Positions 9,908 to 23,165 of a stretch of DNA of 64,000 nt are shown here, one piece after another (position 1 is the stretch's first letter; each line of letters starts with the position of its first letter). The notes under the pieces are model-generated. The model saw only the letters and a program-made list of their open reading frames with translations. It did no database searches and was not told the origin of the DNA. Source of the stretch: Heptranchias perlo (lineage: Eukaryota); the NCBI RefSeq assembly GCF_035084215.1, contig NC_090345.1, forward strand, positions 33,542,001-33,606,000. Reading direction: 5' to 3'. A program made the translations under genes and the position numbers.

Positions 9908-11189
9908 GTAAGTTTCTCAGCTTACCAATTTAACAGAATGTGCATTGCCATCCTTGACCTTCTATTTAGCACTCTCAGCAAAGCACGGATATCAAGCCAT
10001 TAAGTAAATGCAGTAACATTTGCAGACTGCAGTGCATGTCATGTGACCAGCTGTCATGTGACCAAATCTCCAGAGTTGGCAATCCTGCACTGAATCAGTT
10101 AATGTCAAAACTGCAGCCGAATCCTTGTTGAACAAATAATGAGCTAAAAGAGTTTATCTGTTCCATTGTCATCTGGTCATCTTAATTTCCCCCAGCAGGA
10201 AATGACCACATCTTTCTCCGAAAGCTCATTAGCAAAGTTTTAACAACAGTGTCAGGTTTGACTCTGTTATTGGAGGATTGGAGGGAGTGGGGGGGGGGGG
10301 GGGGCAAAAGAGAGGCAGAAAACCGAGAGTAGTGTGGAAAAGGAAAACAAATCTAGTTTCAGCTTAGTTCCTGATTTTCCACCAGTTTTAATGTCCATCT
10401 CTGCCTCTCTTGCCATCAAATGATGGTGAAAAACAGCTCCTCAGTTCTGAAGATAGGCAAGAGGCGGCCCACGTTATCTGCTCACTCAAGTATATCACAG
10501 CACTTTCTATGGCTCCATTTTCTCAGTACAGTAAATACATTTTAAAATTTAAATATATATTTTTGGAACTAATTTTTACCCACTTTTGTTCCTCGTGCAC
10601 CACATTCTACTTTGTGGCCAAGAGGAGGTGGGCAGTTTGCCAGGCCTCTGCTACTAATTAACTGGTTAACAGAAAGTGCAAGAGAGTCACCCAAGGTGAC
10701 TCACCCGCTAATGTTTCCTCTATCCCTTGGGGAAGATCTTTGCCTTTGTTTGGCACATCCCAGATGGCACAGCTTACATTACAAACTTACCAAGTGATCA
10801 ATTACAGAAGAAAAATGCATTTCAATCTTATGCGACACAGCACACCGATTATCTAATGTACTTTGCCACCTGTTCCTATTTTATAAAAAAACTGCCTGTA
10901 AATAGAATACTCCATGGTAAACTGTGAAATATAGTCTTCATTACAAAAGTCAATGCAACCTTAATTACACATAAATGTTGCCACGCACAATCTATTAGGT
11001 TTTCCTTATCGTGGGATAATTTCTATAGTTTCCCCAGTCGGTACCCTTCAGCCTTCAAATTGCAGGAAATATTAAACTTTGGAATTTTTTTTTTTTACTA
11101 ATAATGTGTGAAAACAATTCTGTGCATCATCCAGAGCTTCTTCTGATCCAAAAGTTACCCTCAAAGCTTGTTTGTGCCTCAAGTCTAGT

Positions 11190-11410
11190 TTACTCTCAGA
11201 GGGTCATGAGACCCAGAGAGCTGTGGAGGCAGTCATTGAATATTTTTAAGGCTGAGTTAGATAGAGTCCTGATCAACAAGGGTATCAAAGGTTATAGTAG
11301 GTAGAGGGGAAAGTAGGGTTGAGGTCACAATCAGATCAGCCATGATCTTATCAAATGGCCGAATGGCCTACTCCTGCTCTTAATTCGTATGTTCATATGT
11401 TGGTATGTAT
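11190..11410 (+). mobile_element. CR1 3' end fragment
   Basis: tttactctcagaggg...gctgtggaggcagtcattgaatatttttaaggctgag...ggccgaatggcctactcctgct, with a (TATGTTCG)-like tail. Confidence 0.75.
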
Positions 11411-13845
11411 GTACTGGTTTTTTCCTCTATACTGACATAAATCATAATTCATTATGGTGCCACTTTTTCAGAATACACTAATGGGATGATACAGGCTTAA
11501 TGATGTCAGTCTGCAGGATTTTTTTTTATTTCTGCCTCCTTTCTCACCCTGGTAGTCTATTTATTTATTCTAGGCTGGTGCATCCAGGATAGAAACATAT
11601 TATCTGTCAATCAGTTTTAATAAATGCAGCAATGTCTGTCTTCCTGTCACTGTGCTCCAAGTTAGTCACATCCCATCTCAAAATCATAATCTTTTCTTAT
11701 TTTTCAGGGCTTGAAATAATTACATTTGTGGCTTGAAACATTATCATTATATCTGCTTAGCAAAAAAAAACAGCTGCAAAATGTGATCCATGGCTTTTTG
11801 TGTACATCCTGTTTGTCAAATTGCCATTCATGATCAATAACTATAATAAGAATAAAAAGTGCCAGTTGATGTTTTGCCAGTAAACACATTAGCATTTTTC
11901 TATAGTTTGCATTGTGGTAAATGCAACCCTTATTGATGCCACCAATCTGCTATATTATAGCCTTGTAAATCCTGCAATCCCTAAGAAATGGTTTTTTAAT
12001 CTCACATTTCACTGTCAATTTGCTGTAATGAAGTCCACGTACAGGACTTTGTGCAATACAATTTGTATATCACTGGATGGTCTAAAAAACATAATGTTGA
12101 TCACTTGCAATCCCTTAATTTCTTTCCTGATCCTAAATCAACAAAGTGGGATTTAGCATTAATTTCTACTTTAGTTTCTTAACTTTTCACTTGAAAACAC
12201 CTTGAATATTTAGACTGCAAGTCTACTTTTATTATTTTGTACAAGCAATGGAAAGCTACACGATATTCATGCAATCGTATGGACATGAAACTACTACAGT
12301 TCAATGAAGACTTCAAATAATACAAAAAAGCAAACTTCAAGTGTAGTTTCATGACAGGTTGGACTCGATGCTGTCAGAAGTCATTTTCTGATTTAAAAAA
12401 ATGCGCCAAGGAAGAGGTTAGTCTCATGCTGCAGTCTTGTAGAATATCTCCAAGGAATAATTGACACAAAAAATGAACAAAAGATTAAATGTTGTCCTCA
12501 AATTGTGAGGGCCAATCTTTAAAATCTCGGAATTGAAATCCAAAGTCTGAGAACTGGGGCCAAAGCGTAAGTAAGAGAGTCTTGCGAGTCAGCCAGGGTT
12601 TCACACACTCACTACACACAGACAACATTGAACGTTCGCCTGGACTACCAGTGACTCAAATGCATGTCAACCTTAGCTTGCCAGGGATCATATACCTACA
12701 GCTGCTAGATTGGTGAGGAAAAGAAGACATATATCTACCTACCCCAATATACTATCAAGACTTTTGACAGGCATGCACTAAAATTACCATGAAAAATGGA
12801 CACAAACCAGTGTACCATTTCTAAAATAAAGAATGAGCGTTGACAGCAGTGAGATTCCCTGCCACCAGTGCGTCCTCAGTAAATTATCCCTCAGTCAGAT
12901 CACAAAAATCGGAACTGGCTTGTTTATACCAGATGGATTCATTTTTCCAGCTTCAGTACACCACTAATGGACAGAGTTACCTTTCCTCTTATTTTCTGAA
13001 TTATTCTCTCTAACCCTTTAAGTTCTGCAACACATGAACTATAAGTAGATTATTAAAGAAGTGTGTTTGAATGTCTGTCAAGCTTGGGAATCACTGAATT
13101 TGACTTTAAATATGATTGGTGTAACAAAACAGTTCAGTTGATATTTTGCCAGTAAACACCAGGGCCCAGAAAATCCATGGGAGTTCCACCAGACCCCTGC
13201 CAAAGCTCCAGCGAGAGAGAGAGATCGGTGGAACCCACTGAAAAATGGCGGGGACCCAGTTGTGCCACATCTCCACCATACCTGGAATTTTCTGGCCTCC
13301 TTGCACCCTCACCCCCATTGTCCTCCTCCCCCCCCCCCAACTTCAGGGCAGTAAATTGGGAGCGGGGACTTCCTACTCAGAGTCCCCACTTCCCTGGACC
13401 CGGTGTTTTACTGGAGGCCATTGCACCAGTGAAATAAATGTGCCCCACTAAGAGGGTCCAAGCAAGACAAGTAAGGGCCTGGATCACCAAAGAATGATAA
13501 TTTTGTTTTTCCTTTTCTTGATTGGCCCCCTTACACAGAGGGCTGAAGGAGACATGGCTGGGGTCCGGGGTGAACCTGGGCAATCGCCCTCTCCCACAGT
13601 GGCAAGCAGGCAGCAGATTTTCTGGCTGCATGGAGCAGGTGGGTGCCAGAGATGTACCCACACTGGGGCGGGAATCCACCTTCCAAATGCAAATTAGGTG
13701 CCCTCCCACTGACCCCACAAACTCTGATGGGATGAATGCCGGAGGGCATGGTAACTGCTGGGAACATCATCCATGGATTGTCAGGGGCCAGTATTTTTTT
13801 TTAAATTTCATTGTGCTGGGTGGACCCTGTGTTAATGTCATGTTG

Positions 13846-14290
13846 GTGTCAGCTGTGGCATAGTGGGTAGCACTCTCGCCTTTGAGTCAGAAGGTTCTGG
13901 GTTCAAGTCCTACTCCAAAGATTTGAACACAAATTCTAGGCTGACACTCCAGTGCAGTACTGAGGGAGTGCTGCATTATCGGAGGTGCCATCTTTCGGAC
14001 GAGACGTTAAACCGAGGTCCCATCTGCCCTCTAAGGTGGATATAAAAGATCCCATTACACTATTTCAAAAAAGAGCAGGAGAGCTCTCCTCAGTGACCTG
14101 GTCAAAAATTATCCCTCAACCAACATCACTAAAAAACAGACTATCTGGTCATTGTTTGTGGGGCCTTGCTGCTGCATTTCCTACATTACAACAGTGACTA
14201 CACTTCAAAATACTTCATTGGCTGTAAAACTCTTTGGGATGTCCTGAGGTCGTGAAAGTTGCTGTATAAATCCAAGAACTTTCTTTCTTA
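13846..14290 (+). mobile_element. tRNA-derived DeuSINE (SacSINE1-like)
   Basis: A/B boxes (tggcatagtgg; ggttcaagtcc), Deu-domain ggtgccatctttcggacgagacgttaaaccgagg...aaaagatccca, and an L2-type tail tataaatccaagaactttctttct. Confidence 0.8.
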
Positions 14291-15500
14291 CATTCTGCTA
14301 TACTGTAGCTGGCAAATTCCACAAAGACCATTTTAAAATAATAGAATTTTGTTTAATGTGCTGATTTTCCTTCAGCACTTCCAAATTGCAGGTTTTTCAT
14401 TATGTGTAAAACTGATTCTGAAGCATCTTTAAGGCTTAGAACGTAAAAGTAGAATCACACGTGTAGGAACTGTAACACTATCATTTGAACTAATGGGATT
14501 ATGTAATTTTTGAGCAAATCCTATATTTTCAGCCAGTTTCTGCCCTGTGAGGGTAGAAATCCTGGAGGCATGCCTTTGGGAAAATTCTGAAAAATGACAC
14601 CTCCAAATTTACATTGCCCTGTATTTTGGGCCAACCTTTACTAAGCATCAAGGTCCTAGATTTGGGAGTCCCAATTCTGAGACACACTGGGACAGCGGGC
14701 TAAATTTTGAGAGGAAAGCCCCTCCCACTAAATTCAAATCCTCCCTATGCATTGAAACCATGAACAGGCAGCCAGGCCTGTAGCGCAGTTTGACTGAGGT
14801 GCAAAATTGGGCAAATCATTAGCTCTTGAAGGGCTACTGCTCGCATCCAAGGGGAGTAGACTGGTTTTGTCAATTAACCTAAAGAAGTCGCACCACTGTG
14901 AAGAGGTTTGCATATCCTTGGGAAAAATATGTGTGATGAAGGTAGTGGGGAAGATTCCCTCTTTTTCCCACAAGTTAAGAGGTCCTGATGCAGGAGATGC
15001 AACAAAGGAAGATAGTCCTCTTTGGAGTGGAAGAGAACCCTCCTGTTAAATCACAGGTCCAAGCTGCATAGATGGAGTTTACAGGTCAAATTAAAGCAGT
15101 TTCCCCAGGTCCACCAGACCTGAGAAAACATTTAGAAAAAGTTCAGTGGCATCAGAAGTGCCAAGCTAAGTGTACTCACTTTTGTCTAACATGCTGACTA
15201 TTCAGCCATAGAAAATACTAAAAAAGTTGAAATATTCATCTGCTACACCCTGAGAGAGAGAGATAGTATGCAGATAACCTTTGACCCTTTTTAAAATCAT
15301 TCTTTCATTTTACAAAAGCTGTAGGACACAATTCTAGTGAGGCATACAAAATGTTGCCCCAAATAAGGACTGCCAGCACAAACAGTATACAAGCTAATTT
15401 GCAATACCCTTGTACAAGGGAAGGAGATGGATTTCGCAGAAGGGGTGTTTGAGGTGAACAGGAAGTTGCTAACATCTTCGTAAATTTTGTGTGCTTTAAG

Positions 15501-15617
15501 GCCAAGGCAGCACATCAGAGAGAGATGACCAGTACAAGCGGTGGACCAACCATGTTGAAGCAGCTGTGCCAAGACGACAAAATGGTCTTGGCCCTTTTTG
15601 GGAACGAATGGGTGAAG
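15501..15617 (+). CDS. Candidate internal exon of an unknown plus-strand transcript
   Basis: ttttgtgtgctttaag|GCC...GAAG|gtgagt, 117 nt, symmetric. Open in phase 1 (GQGSTSERDDQYKRWTNHVEAAVPRRQNGLGPFWERMGE), which matches the phase of exon 9841-9907. Also open in phase 0. No recognised homologue. Confidence 0.3.
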
Positions 15618-15747
15618 GTGAGTTCAGATGCAAGTAATTTTCTATTTATTTTTTATCCTTCCTGCACAGACTCAATTGCTTAATCATCACAACAGGGACA
15701 AACATTGTTCAGCAGGTGTGAAACGCACAAGGGGCTGAAATTCTCCA

Positions 15748-16803
15748 GTGGCTGGAATCATACTTAGCACAAAGGAAGATGGTAGTGGTTGTTGGAGGCT
15801 AATCATCTCAGCCCCAGGACATTGCTGCAGGAGTTCCTCAAGGCAGTATCCTAGGCCCAACCATCTTCAGCTGCTTCATCAATGACCTTCCCTCCATCAT
15901 AAGGTCAGAAATGGGGATATTCGCTGATGATTGCATAGTGTTCAGTTCCATTCGCAACCCCTCAGATAATGAAGCAGTCCGTGCCCGCATGCAGCAAGAC
16001 CTGGACAACATCCAGGCTTGGACTGATAAGAGACAAGTAACATTCGCGCCAGAAAATGACCATCTCCAACAAGAGAGAGTCTAACCACCTCCCCTTGACA
16101 TTCAACAGCATTACTATCGCCGAATCCTCCACCCATCAACATCCTGGGGGTCACCATTGACCAGAAACTTAACTGGACCAGCCACATAAATACTGTGGCC
16201 ACAAGAGCAGGTCAGAGGCTGGGTATTCTGCGGTGAGTGACTCACTTCCTGACTCCCCAAAGCCTTTCCACCATCTACAAGGCACAAGTCAGGAGTGTGA
16301 TGGAATACTCTCCACTTGCCTGGATGAGTGCAGCTCCAACAACACTCAAGAAGCTCGACACCATCCAGGACAAAGCAGCCCGCTTGATTGGCACCCCATC
16401 CACCACCCTAAACATTCACTCCCTTCACCACCGGCGCACTGTGGATGCAGTGTGTACCATCCACAGGATGCACTGCAGCAACTTGCCAAGGCTTCTTCAA
16501 CAGCACTTCCCAAACCCGTGATCTCTATCACCTAGAAGTACAAGGGCAGCGGGCACATGGGAACACCACCACCTGCACGTTCCCCTCCAAGTCACACACC
16601 ATCCTGAGTTGGAAATATATCGCCGTTCCTTCATTGTCGCTGGGTCAAAATCCTGGAACTCTCTACCTAACAGCACTGTGGGAGAACCTTCACCACACGG
16701 ACTGCAGCGGTTCAAGAAGGCGGCTCACCACCACCTTCTCAAGGGCAATTAGGGATAGGCAATAAATGCTGGCGATGCCCACATCACATAAACGAATAAA
16801 AAA
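15748..16803 (+). mobile_element. CR1/L2-group LINE (family B), 3' 1 kb, apparently inserted into the end of a Harbinger-type MITE
   Basis: GVPQGSILGP, FADD, RT C-terminus and gaataaaaaaa tail. Flanked by ggggctgaaatt(15731) and ttcaacttcggtgg..., which resemble the 37649-type MITE. Confidence 0.85.
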
Positions 16804-17884
16804 ATTATTCAACTTCGGTGGAGGCGCAAAACAGGCTGTAGTGGATCAGCCACCTGTTATACACCCCACCACAGTGAGGACTTCTCGGGGGCAGGTGTAG
16901 CATTCTCTAGAGGCATAACCGTAGGAACAGAGTGGGTAAGTCCAGGTTTCCGCCAGGCGGTGGGGAGTTAAAATTGAACCTACCGACTTTAACCTTCTCT
17001 TCAGTTGTGGCAGATCTGCTGTGAATGAAAATCCCTGGACCTTTGATCCTGGCATAAGTGCCGGGATGGGCCCACCAGGAACCTTTGACCCTGATCCCCA
17101 AGATCATGGGGAGATTCCCTAATTTTAATAATCTGTGCAGGTGCCTGTACCTTTATGAGTGCCTCTCAGGCACCCACAAGGAGGGCTGGGGTAGTAAATC
17201 GTGGACAGCCACTTGTCAAGTCGATGGTGCTATTGCCCCAAGAAAATCTTTTTGATGTCCCAGCCATCTTTACAAGGGGGCCAATTTTCTGCAGATATTG
17301 ATCCAAGTCAGGACCTAGGCCTGAGAGCCCCCTTTCCCTAGTCTAAACATTCTCTGACATGGGTGATCTACTTTGGGATGTGTGAAGGTTCTGACCCAAC
17401 AAGTCCCTGTGGAAACTGGCAAAGGTGGCTGGAGCCTGGAATATTTGGGTCCTGGCTCAATTTGTGAATGCACTGCCGCTATCTTTCTAAACATACAGCA
17501 GACCCTATTAAATGCTTGCTCCACCTGTCAGGAGGTACAAAGCTACAGCCCAATCAAGTTATGCACTGTACCCTAGATATACAAATATATATTCGTACTC
17601 CCAAACCTCCAGCTTATGCCATCTAACAATTGTCATCTCAAGCCTCAGTTTCTTCACTTGCATTCAGCACAATGGAAGGATGTATGCAGGCATGCTAGCC
17701 ATAGTCCACACTCCAGTGATGTGTACTAGAATTACCTGCCGTAAGACTGTCCAGTTATATATCATTATAGACAGACAGATGGGAGGTATAAATGTGCATA
17801 TTTAATAAATGTCCAACTTTTTTCAGCCACCATGTACTGTGAAACCCAATGTATATTATATTTATGACTTTTGTGCAGTCAGTT

Positions 17885-18460
17885 GTACAGTTCCTTGGTC
17901 ACATCCCATCCGGAGTACTATGTTCAGATTTAGGCACCAAACCTCAGGAATATATTAGCCTTGGAAGGAGTGCAGCACAGATTCATCAGAATTATACCAT
18001 GACTTTAAACGTTGAATTACGAGGACAGGTTGCATAAACTTGGCTTGCATTCTCTTGAGTTTAGAAGGTTGAGAGTGATCTAATCGAGGTATTTAAATAA
18101 TAAAGGGATTCAATAAGGTAGATACAAAGAAACCATTTCCTCTGGTGGGGGAATCCAGAACAAAGGGCATAATTTTAAAATTAGAACTAGGTCATTTAGG
18201 AGTGAAATCAGGAAGCAATTTTTTTTTCCGCACAATGGGTAGTGGAAATCAGGAACTCGCTCCCCAAGAGGCTGTGGATGCTGAATCAATTAAAATTTTC
18301 AAGACTGAGATCGATAGATCTTTTGTTAGGTAAGGGTATCAAGGGAAATGAAGCAAAGGTGGGTAAATGGAATTGAGGGACAGATAAGCCATGGTCAAAT
18401 TGAATGGCGGAACAGGCTCGATGGGGCTGAATGGCTTACTGTTAGTCCCATGTTCCTATA
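17885..18460 (+). mobile_element. CR1 3' fragment
   Basis: EYYVQI..LEGVQHRF remnant, ggggctgaatggct stem and tgttcctat tail. Confidence 0.8.
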
Positions 18461-20024
18461 TTGACTATAAATAACAATATAAAAATCAAATATATGAAAA
18501 TAAGCACTGAACTTATGATTTTAAAAATAGGGACTGAATTATGTCTGCATACCCGATCCAATTATCCCCCAACCTCTAATCTCACTTCATCTGAAGACTA
18601 TGCTTGGTCATAACTCCGTGTGCACAGGGGATTGACTAATGTTATATAATCTTTACAAATATTTTAAATAGTTGCATTTGTTTTGTATGTAATGTCTTCA
18701 CAATCATGTGAAAATTATGACAGTGATGCAGGAAAAAAAAATGATAATGTTCAGAAAAAGATTAGGGCTTGATCTGGGAATGCTGAGGCAAGAGAAGCCG
18801 ACTAACTTCTTTTAACAAGGATTGTTTCCAGAAACATTTCCTCACATGCTCATGCCATCAGCATAAGTGGACAACAAAGCAAAAAACAAATTGTACTTTC
18901 AATACAGTCTCTGCTGAAGACTTTGGTTGCGTGCAAGAATCGGGATTTTTTTTTTTTGAGCGTTGGGGAAAAAGTTGTAGGATCTCTATGGATCGCCAAA
19001 GGACAACCCCCTAGTTGAAAACTACTACTGCATATTCGCATAGATCTCGAAGAGACATCTTTTATAGAATTGTCTATTAATTTTGAAGTACAGACTTGTT
19101 AGAGCTAAGTGCTATATACACCAGCCAAAAGAACAGATCGTTGTGGCTAGTACTGGATAAGGGGATCATGGGACCTTCATTATAGCATTCTATGAAAGCT
19201 GTCAGAACATGTCCACCTTCAAAGCTTATAAGGCTCCCTCATGGCTGTTACATTTTTATTAACTGCTACAATCATCACAACCATTTCTGTCACAATGATC
19301 CAAATTTATAGAATGACAAGCTAAAAAAAAAATGGAACAATCACTTTAGAATTAATTCATACTAATACACACACACACATTGGCTTTTTTTTAAAATGAT
19401 GCAAGAAATTTGGTCAAAGGAAACTACATCTTAAAAACTAGTAAAAGTACTTTAGTGACTGGAATTGTGAACATTAACTGTTTCAAAATGGCACAAGAAT
19501 ACAGTTTTATAAGAGCAATATTTAATAAACTTTGTGAAATCATGTCCCATTATTTTCTCTTCAGCCTGTCTCAGCTTCTCAACAAAGCTTCCATTTCTCA
19601 AATGATCAGAGATAATAATGATATTGCTACACACAAAAAAAGCTTTACTAGTAGTAATTCAATATTATAGAAATTCAACACTTTGAGAAACAGACAATAG
19701 CTGCAATATGTTTAACTGTTACCTCATCTAGCTATGTTTTAGATCGCAGAAGAATTAATCTTATTTTAGCAACTGTTCATCCTTTATCCACTAAACAAAA
19801 GCAATAGAAATGTAAAAATCAAAAAGTTGTGCTTTACAGCTAATTCTGTTGAAGATTAGTCATATTTCTGTGTAACTAGAAAAAAATCAAATGACTCTAA
19901 TCAGCCAACACTACGTTTTTTTCCATCTCTTCTCCCCGTCTATCTCACACACGCACACTCCCTGTTCCTCACATGCACTGTCTCTCACACATATTCTCTC
20001 TCCCCAGTGTTCCATATAAATTCT

Positions 20025-20205
20025 GGGGTAGATTTCTGTCTTCACCATCTGGGTAGTAATCTGGTGGAGCTGATAACCTGATTTTTATAGAACCCACCTG
20101 AATTTCATCGCCATCAATGGAAAGAAAATCGGCCAGGTTCTATAAAGGATGAGCGATCTGCTCTGCCAGATTACCGTCCAGGCAGTGAAAGTTAAAATCT
20201 ATCCA
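20025..20205. mobile_element. Palindromic Harbinger-type MITE
   Basis: GGGGTAGATTT...AAATCTATCCA termini, internal inverted arms (gtaatctgg/ccagattac) and TSD TCT/TCT. Confidence 0.65.
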
Positions 20206-22164
20206 TCTCTGTGCAACTGTCATTCACACTCACTGCATCTTTCTTAGTCTCATACACACGCACACGTCCTCTACTCTTTTGCTCATACATATTCTCTTTT
20301 TATATTTTTCACAAAGCACAAATGGAGAGTAAATAAGATTACAAACAAATCTTCCACATGGATGCTAATGGATATTACAATGCCAGGGGAGATAAAATAA
20401 TCAATAAGGTGAAGCATTACAAAATAAAGGTGAAGAAAACATTTAAAAACAATTTTTAAAATTAATACAAATCTCAAAACATCTTCTAGATGGTGACTTG
20501 AGTCATAATGCAATGTATCATATGATTATGTCCAAATTGCATTATAAAGCTCTGACACCAGGTAAAAATCTGATGCATAAGTTGGACAGGCAAGACCAAC
20601 ATATATGCTTTGAGCTGCATCACAGCAAATTTGAAAGGCACCAAGGAATGAAAGTAGTTTGCTATCTTGTGCATAAGTGAGTTTTGATTTTTTTTTCAAA
20701 CTATACTGGCATCAATCAAGTTTGTCAGTTCTTCACAGGTTGCCAGTTCCTGCAGATGCACCTTTTATACGCCAATTATATGCTGCAAACGGAATTGGGT
20801 CGGGCCACTTTTTCAGGCATCCAGGTCAGCCCCCTAAAGCAGGCAGTAGGCTCCTTGCATGTGCTAATGAAGGAACTAACACCTTTTTACAATAATTGGG
20901 CTGCCCTGAGCGGAGCAGGGGTCAGAGTGTGCGTGGAACGAAGTGTCAGGTTTTCTAGACGTGGATGTGGCATTATATTCTATAAACTTTAAGGCGAGAT
21001 CAGAGGTTGAAAGGCAATTTCTGTGGACCATTTTTATAATGCTGTGTTTGTAAAAGTTATAAAGGGACTATATTGTAAATTGGATGCTTTTATGGTTCAA
21101 TGATTAGTGAAGAGCTACGAACAATAAATGTTATGATAGAGGTCACGGTGCATCAAAGTTGCAGGGATCTCTTCTGCAATTCATGCCTGATCAAGAAACT
21201 AAATATCTGTTTAATTTCTCATTACCATTTGCAATAAATAGCCCAATTAGGAAATGCCCTGAGCAAAATAAAAGTCTACTCTTATGAAAAACTAATTTGC
21301 TTTTTTTTCAATAAACAGGTTATTACTAAAAGTGCCATATTATTGTGCAGGAAAATGGAGAATTTACAATGAAGATAAAGATTTTCTATTAAGTGTATCA
21401 AGGTTTCATAATTTGATATTAGTATAAAATGGACAATGGCAGACACGTTTTCCCAACTGTTGTAAAATACAATGAATTCAGCTGTACCTAGTTACAGTTT
21501 CATAATAAATCATAGCCAACATATTATGTGCTATTCATAAGAGTACATGTCTCCCTGAAATGTCATTATTGCAGCATGTAATTTCAATGCCAAGTAATAG
21601 CAGAAGCATTATCCATTAAATCAATGTCCTGAGGCACAATACCCATGTACACGTATTACAAGAGAAGATACAGATTGTGCAATGAAACTCTCAATACTAT
21701 TTCTAAGCATGAATAAATCTGAGCTCTGTTAAATATCATAAATCACCTATTCTTATGTCCCTGAGCAGTTTTTAGATTGCACATTTTATCACAAGTCAAG
21801 AGTGTGATAAGTCAAAAACACTGTTTACATTTAGTAACAAAGAAAGTTGTAAAAAAAATACATTAAAGCACATTTAAGAAAACAGTTTGCAGTACAGAGT
21901 GTGATTCTATGACATACCTAATGCGTTTATAGAAATAGTAGTTGCAAAATTCAACATTAAAATTTGACTAGTTATGTGCACATTCTCTGTATCCTGGTAT
22001 TTGTGATGTTCTTTTTTTTTTTAAGAATGAGTTAACCAGGCAGGATGTAAAAATAACCAAAAAAACTTAATATAAAAGCACATCACTAATGAATCACACA
22101 CGAATATAATTTACTGTACTCTACCTCCTGTATATATGTTTTTTACTGCTACTGTTGGAACTAG

Positions 22165-23165
22165 AAACTGAATTTATAAAGAATAGTCAGCACGGATTTC
22201 AAAAGGGAAGGTCATGCTTGATCAATCTTATTGAATTCTTTGAAGAAGTAACAGAAAGAGTAGACAAGGGTAATGTAGTAGATGTAATATATTTAGATTT
22301 TCAAAAGGCCTTTGATAAAGTACCACATAGTAGACTCATGACTAAGGTCAGAGCATGTGGAGTCAGGGTATAAGTAGCAGAATGGATAACAAGCTGGCAA
22401 CAAAACAGAAAACAGAGAGTAGGAGTTAAAGGTAGTTACTCAGACTGTCAAAAGAGGGAAATGTTGTTCCACAAGGATCAGTGCTGGGACCACTGTTGTT
22501 CACTATTTACATAAACGATTTGGATTCGGGAATCGGAAGTACAATTTCAAAATTTGCGGATGACACCAAATTGGGGGGTCTAGTTAATACAGGAAGACAT
22601 TAATAAACTTGCAGAATGAGCATGTAATTGGCAAATGAATTTCAATATAGCTAAGTGTGAGGTATTATATTTTGGTAGGAAGAATAAGGATGCCACAAAC
22701 TGCTTGGATAATAAGAATCTAAATAGGGTAAAGGAGTAGGGGGAATCTGGGGGGACAGATACACAAATCACTAAAAGTAGCTACGCAAGTGAATAAGGCC
22801 ATAAAAAAAAAGCAAACCAAGCACTGGGGTTCATTTCTAGAGGGACAGAATTGAAAAGCGGAGAAGTTATGTTAAATTTGTGTAGAACGTTGGTTAGACC
22901 ACACTTGGAGTGCTGTGAACTTCTTTATCCAGGGAGTGGTTAGAATGTGGAATTCGCTACCACAAGGATCACTTGAGGCAACTAGCATAGATGCATTTAA
23001 GGGGAAGCTAGATAAACACATGAGGGAGAAAGGAATAGAAGGATATGCTGATAGGGTTAGATGAAATAGGGAGGGAGGAGACTCGTGTGGAGCATAAACA
23101 CAAGCATAAACTAATTGGGCCGAATGGCCTGTTTCTGTTCTGTATATTCTATGTAATTCTATGTA
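22165..23165 (+). mobile_element. CR1 RT fragment with 3' tail
   Basis: [45 protein letters not shown] and an (AATTCTATGT)n tail. Internal deletion present. Confidence 0.88.

Larger units (their letters stand above)
9484..10087 (+). mobile_element. Non-autonomous hAT-like TIR element carrying gene-like cargo
   Basis: Left end TAGGGTTGCCAACCCT and right end AGAGTTGGCAATCCTG match at 13/15 as an inverted repeat. TAGGGTTGCCA termini are recalled from MER53/Blackjack-type hAT elements. Flanks CCCTGTATCC and CACTGAATCA match at 7/10. Confidence 0.6.

Noticed and set aside
12284-12353. Hairpin CATGAAACTAC...GTAGTTTCATG as a miRNA or MITE
   Set aside because: Only an 11-bp stem with an unpaired 48-nt interior and no TSD or box motifs.
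15180-15249. Minus-strand cassette exon (possible TdT long-isoform insert)
   Set aside because: Good-looking splice signals, but 70 nt long with stops in all three frames.
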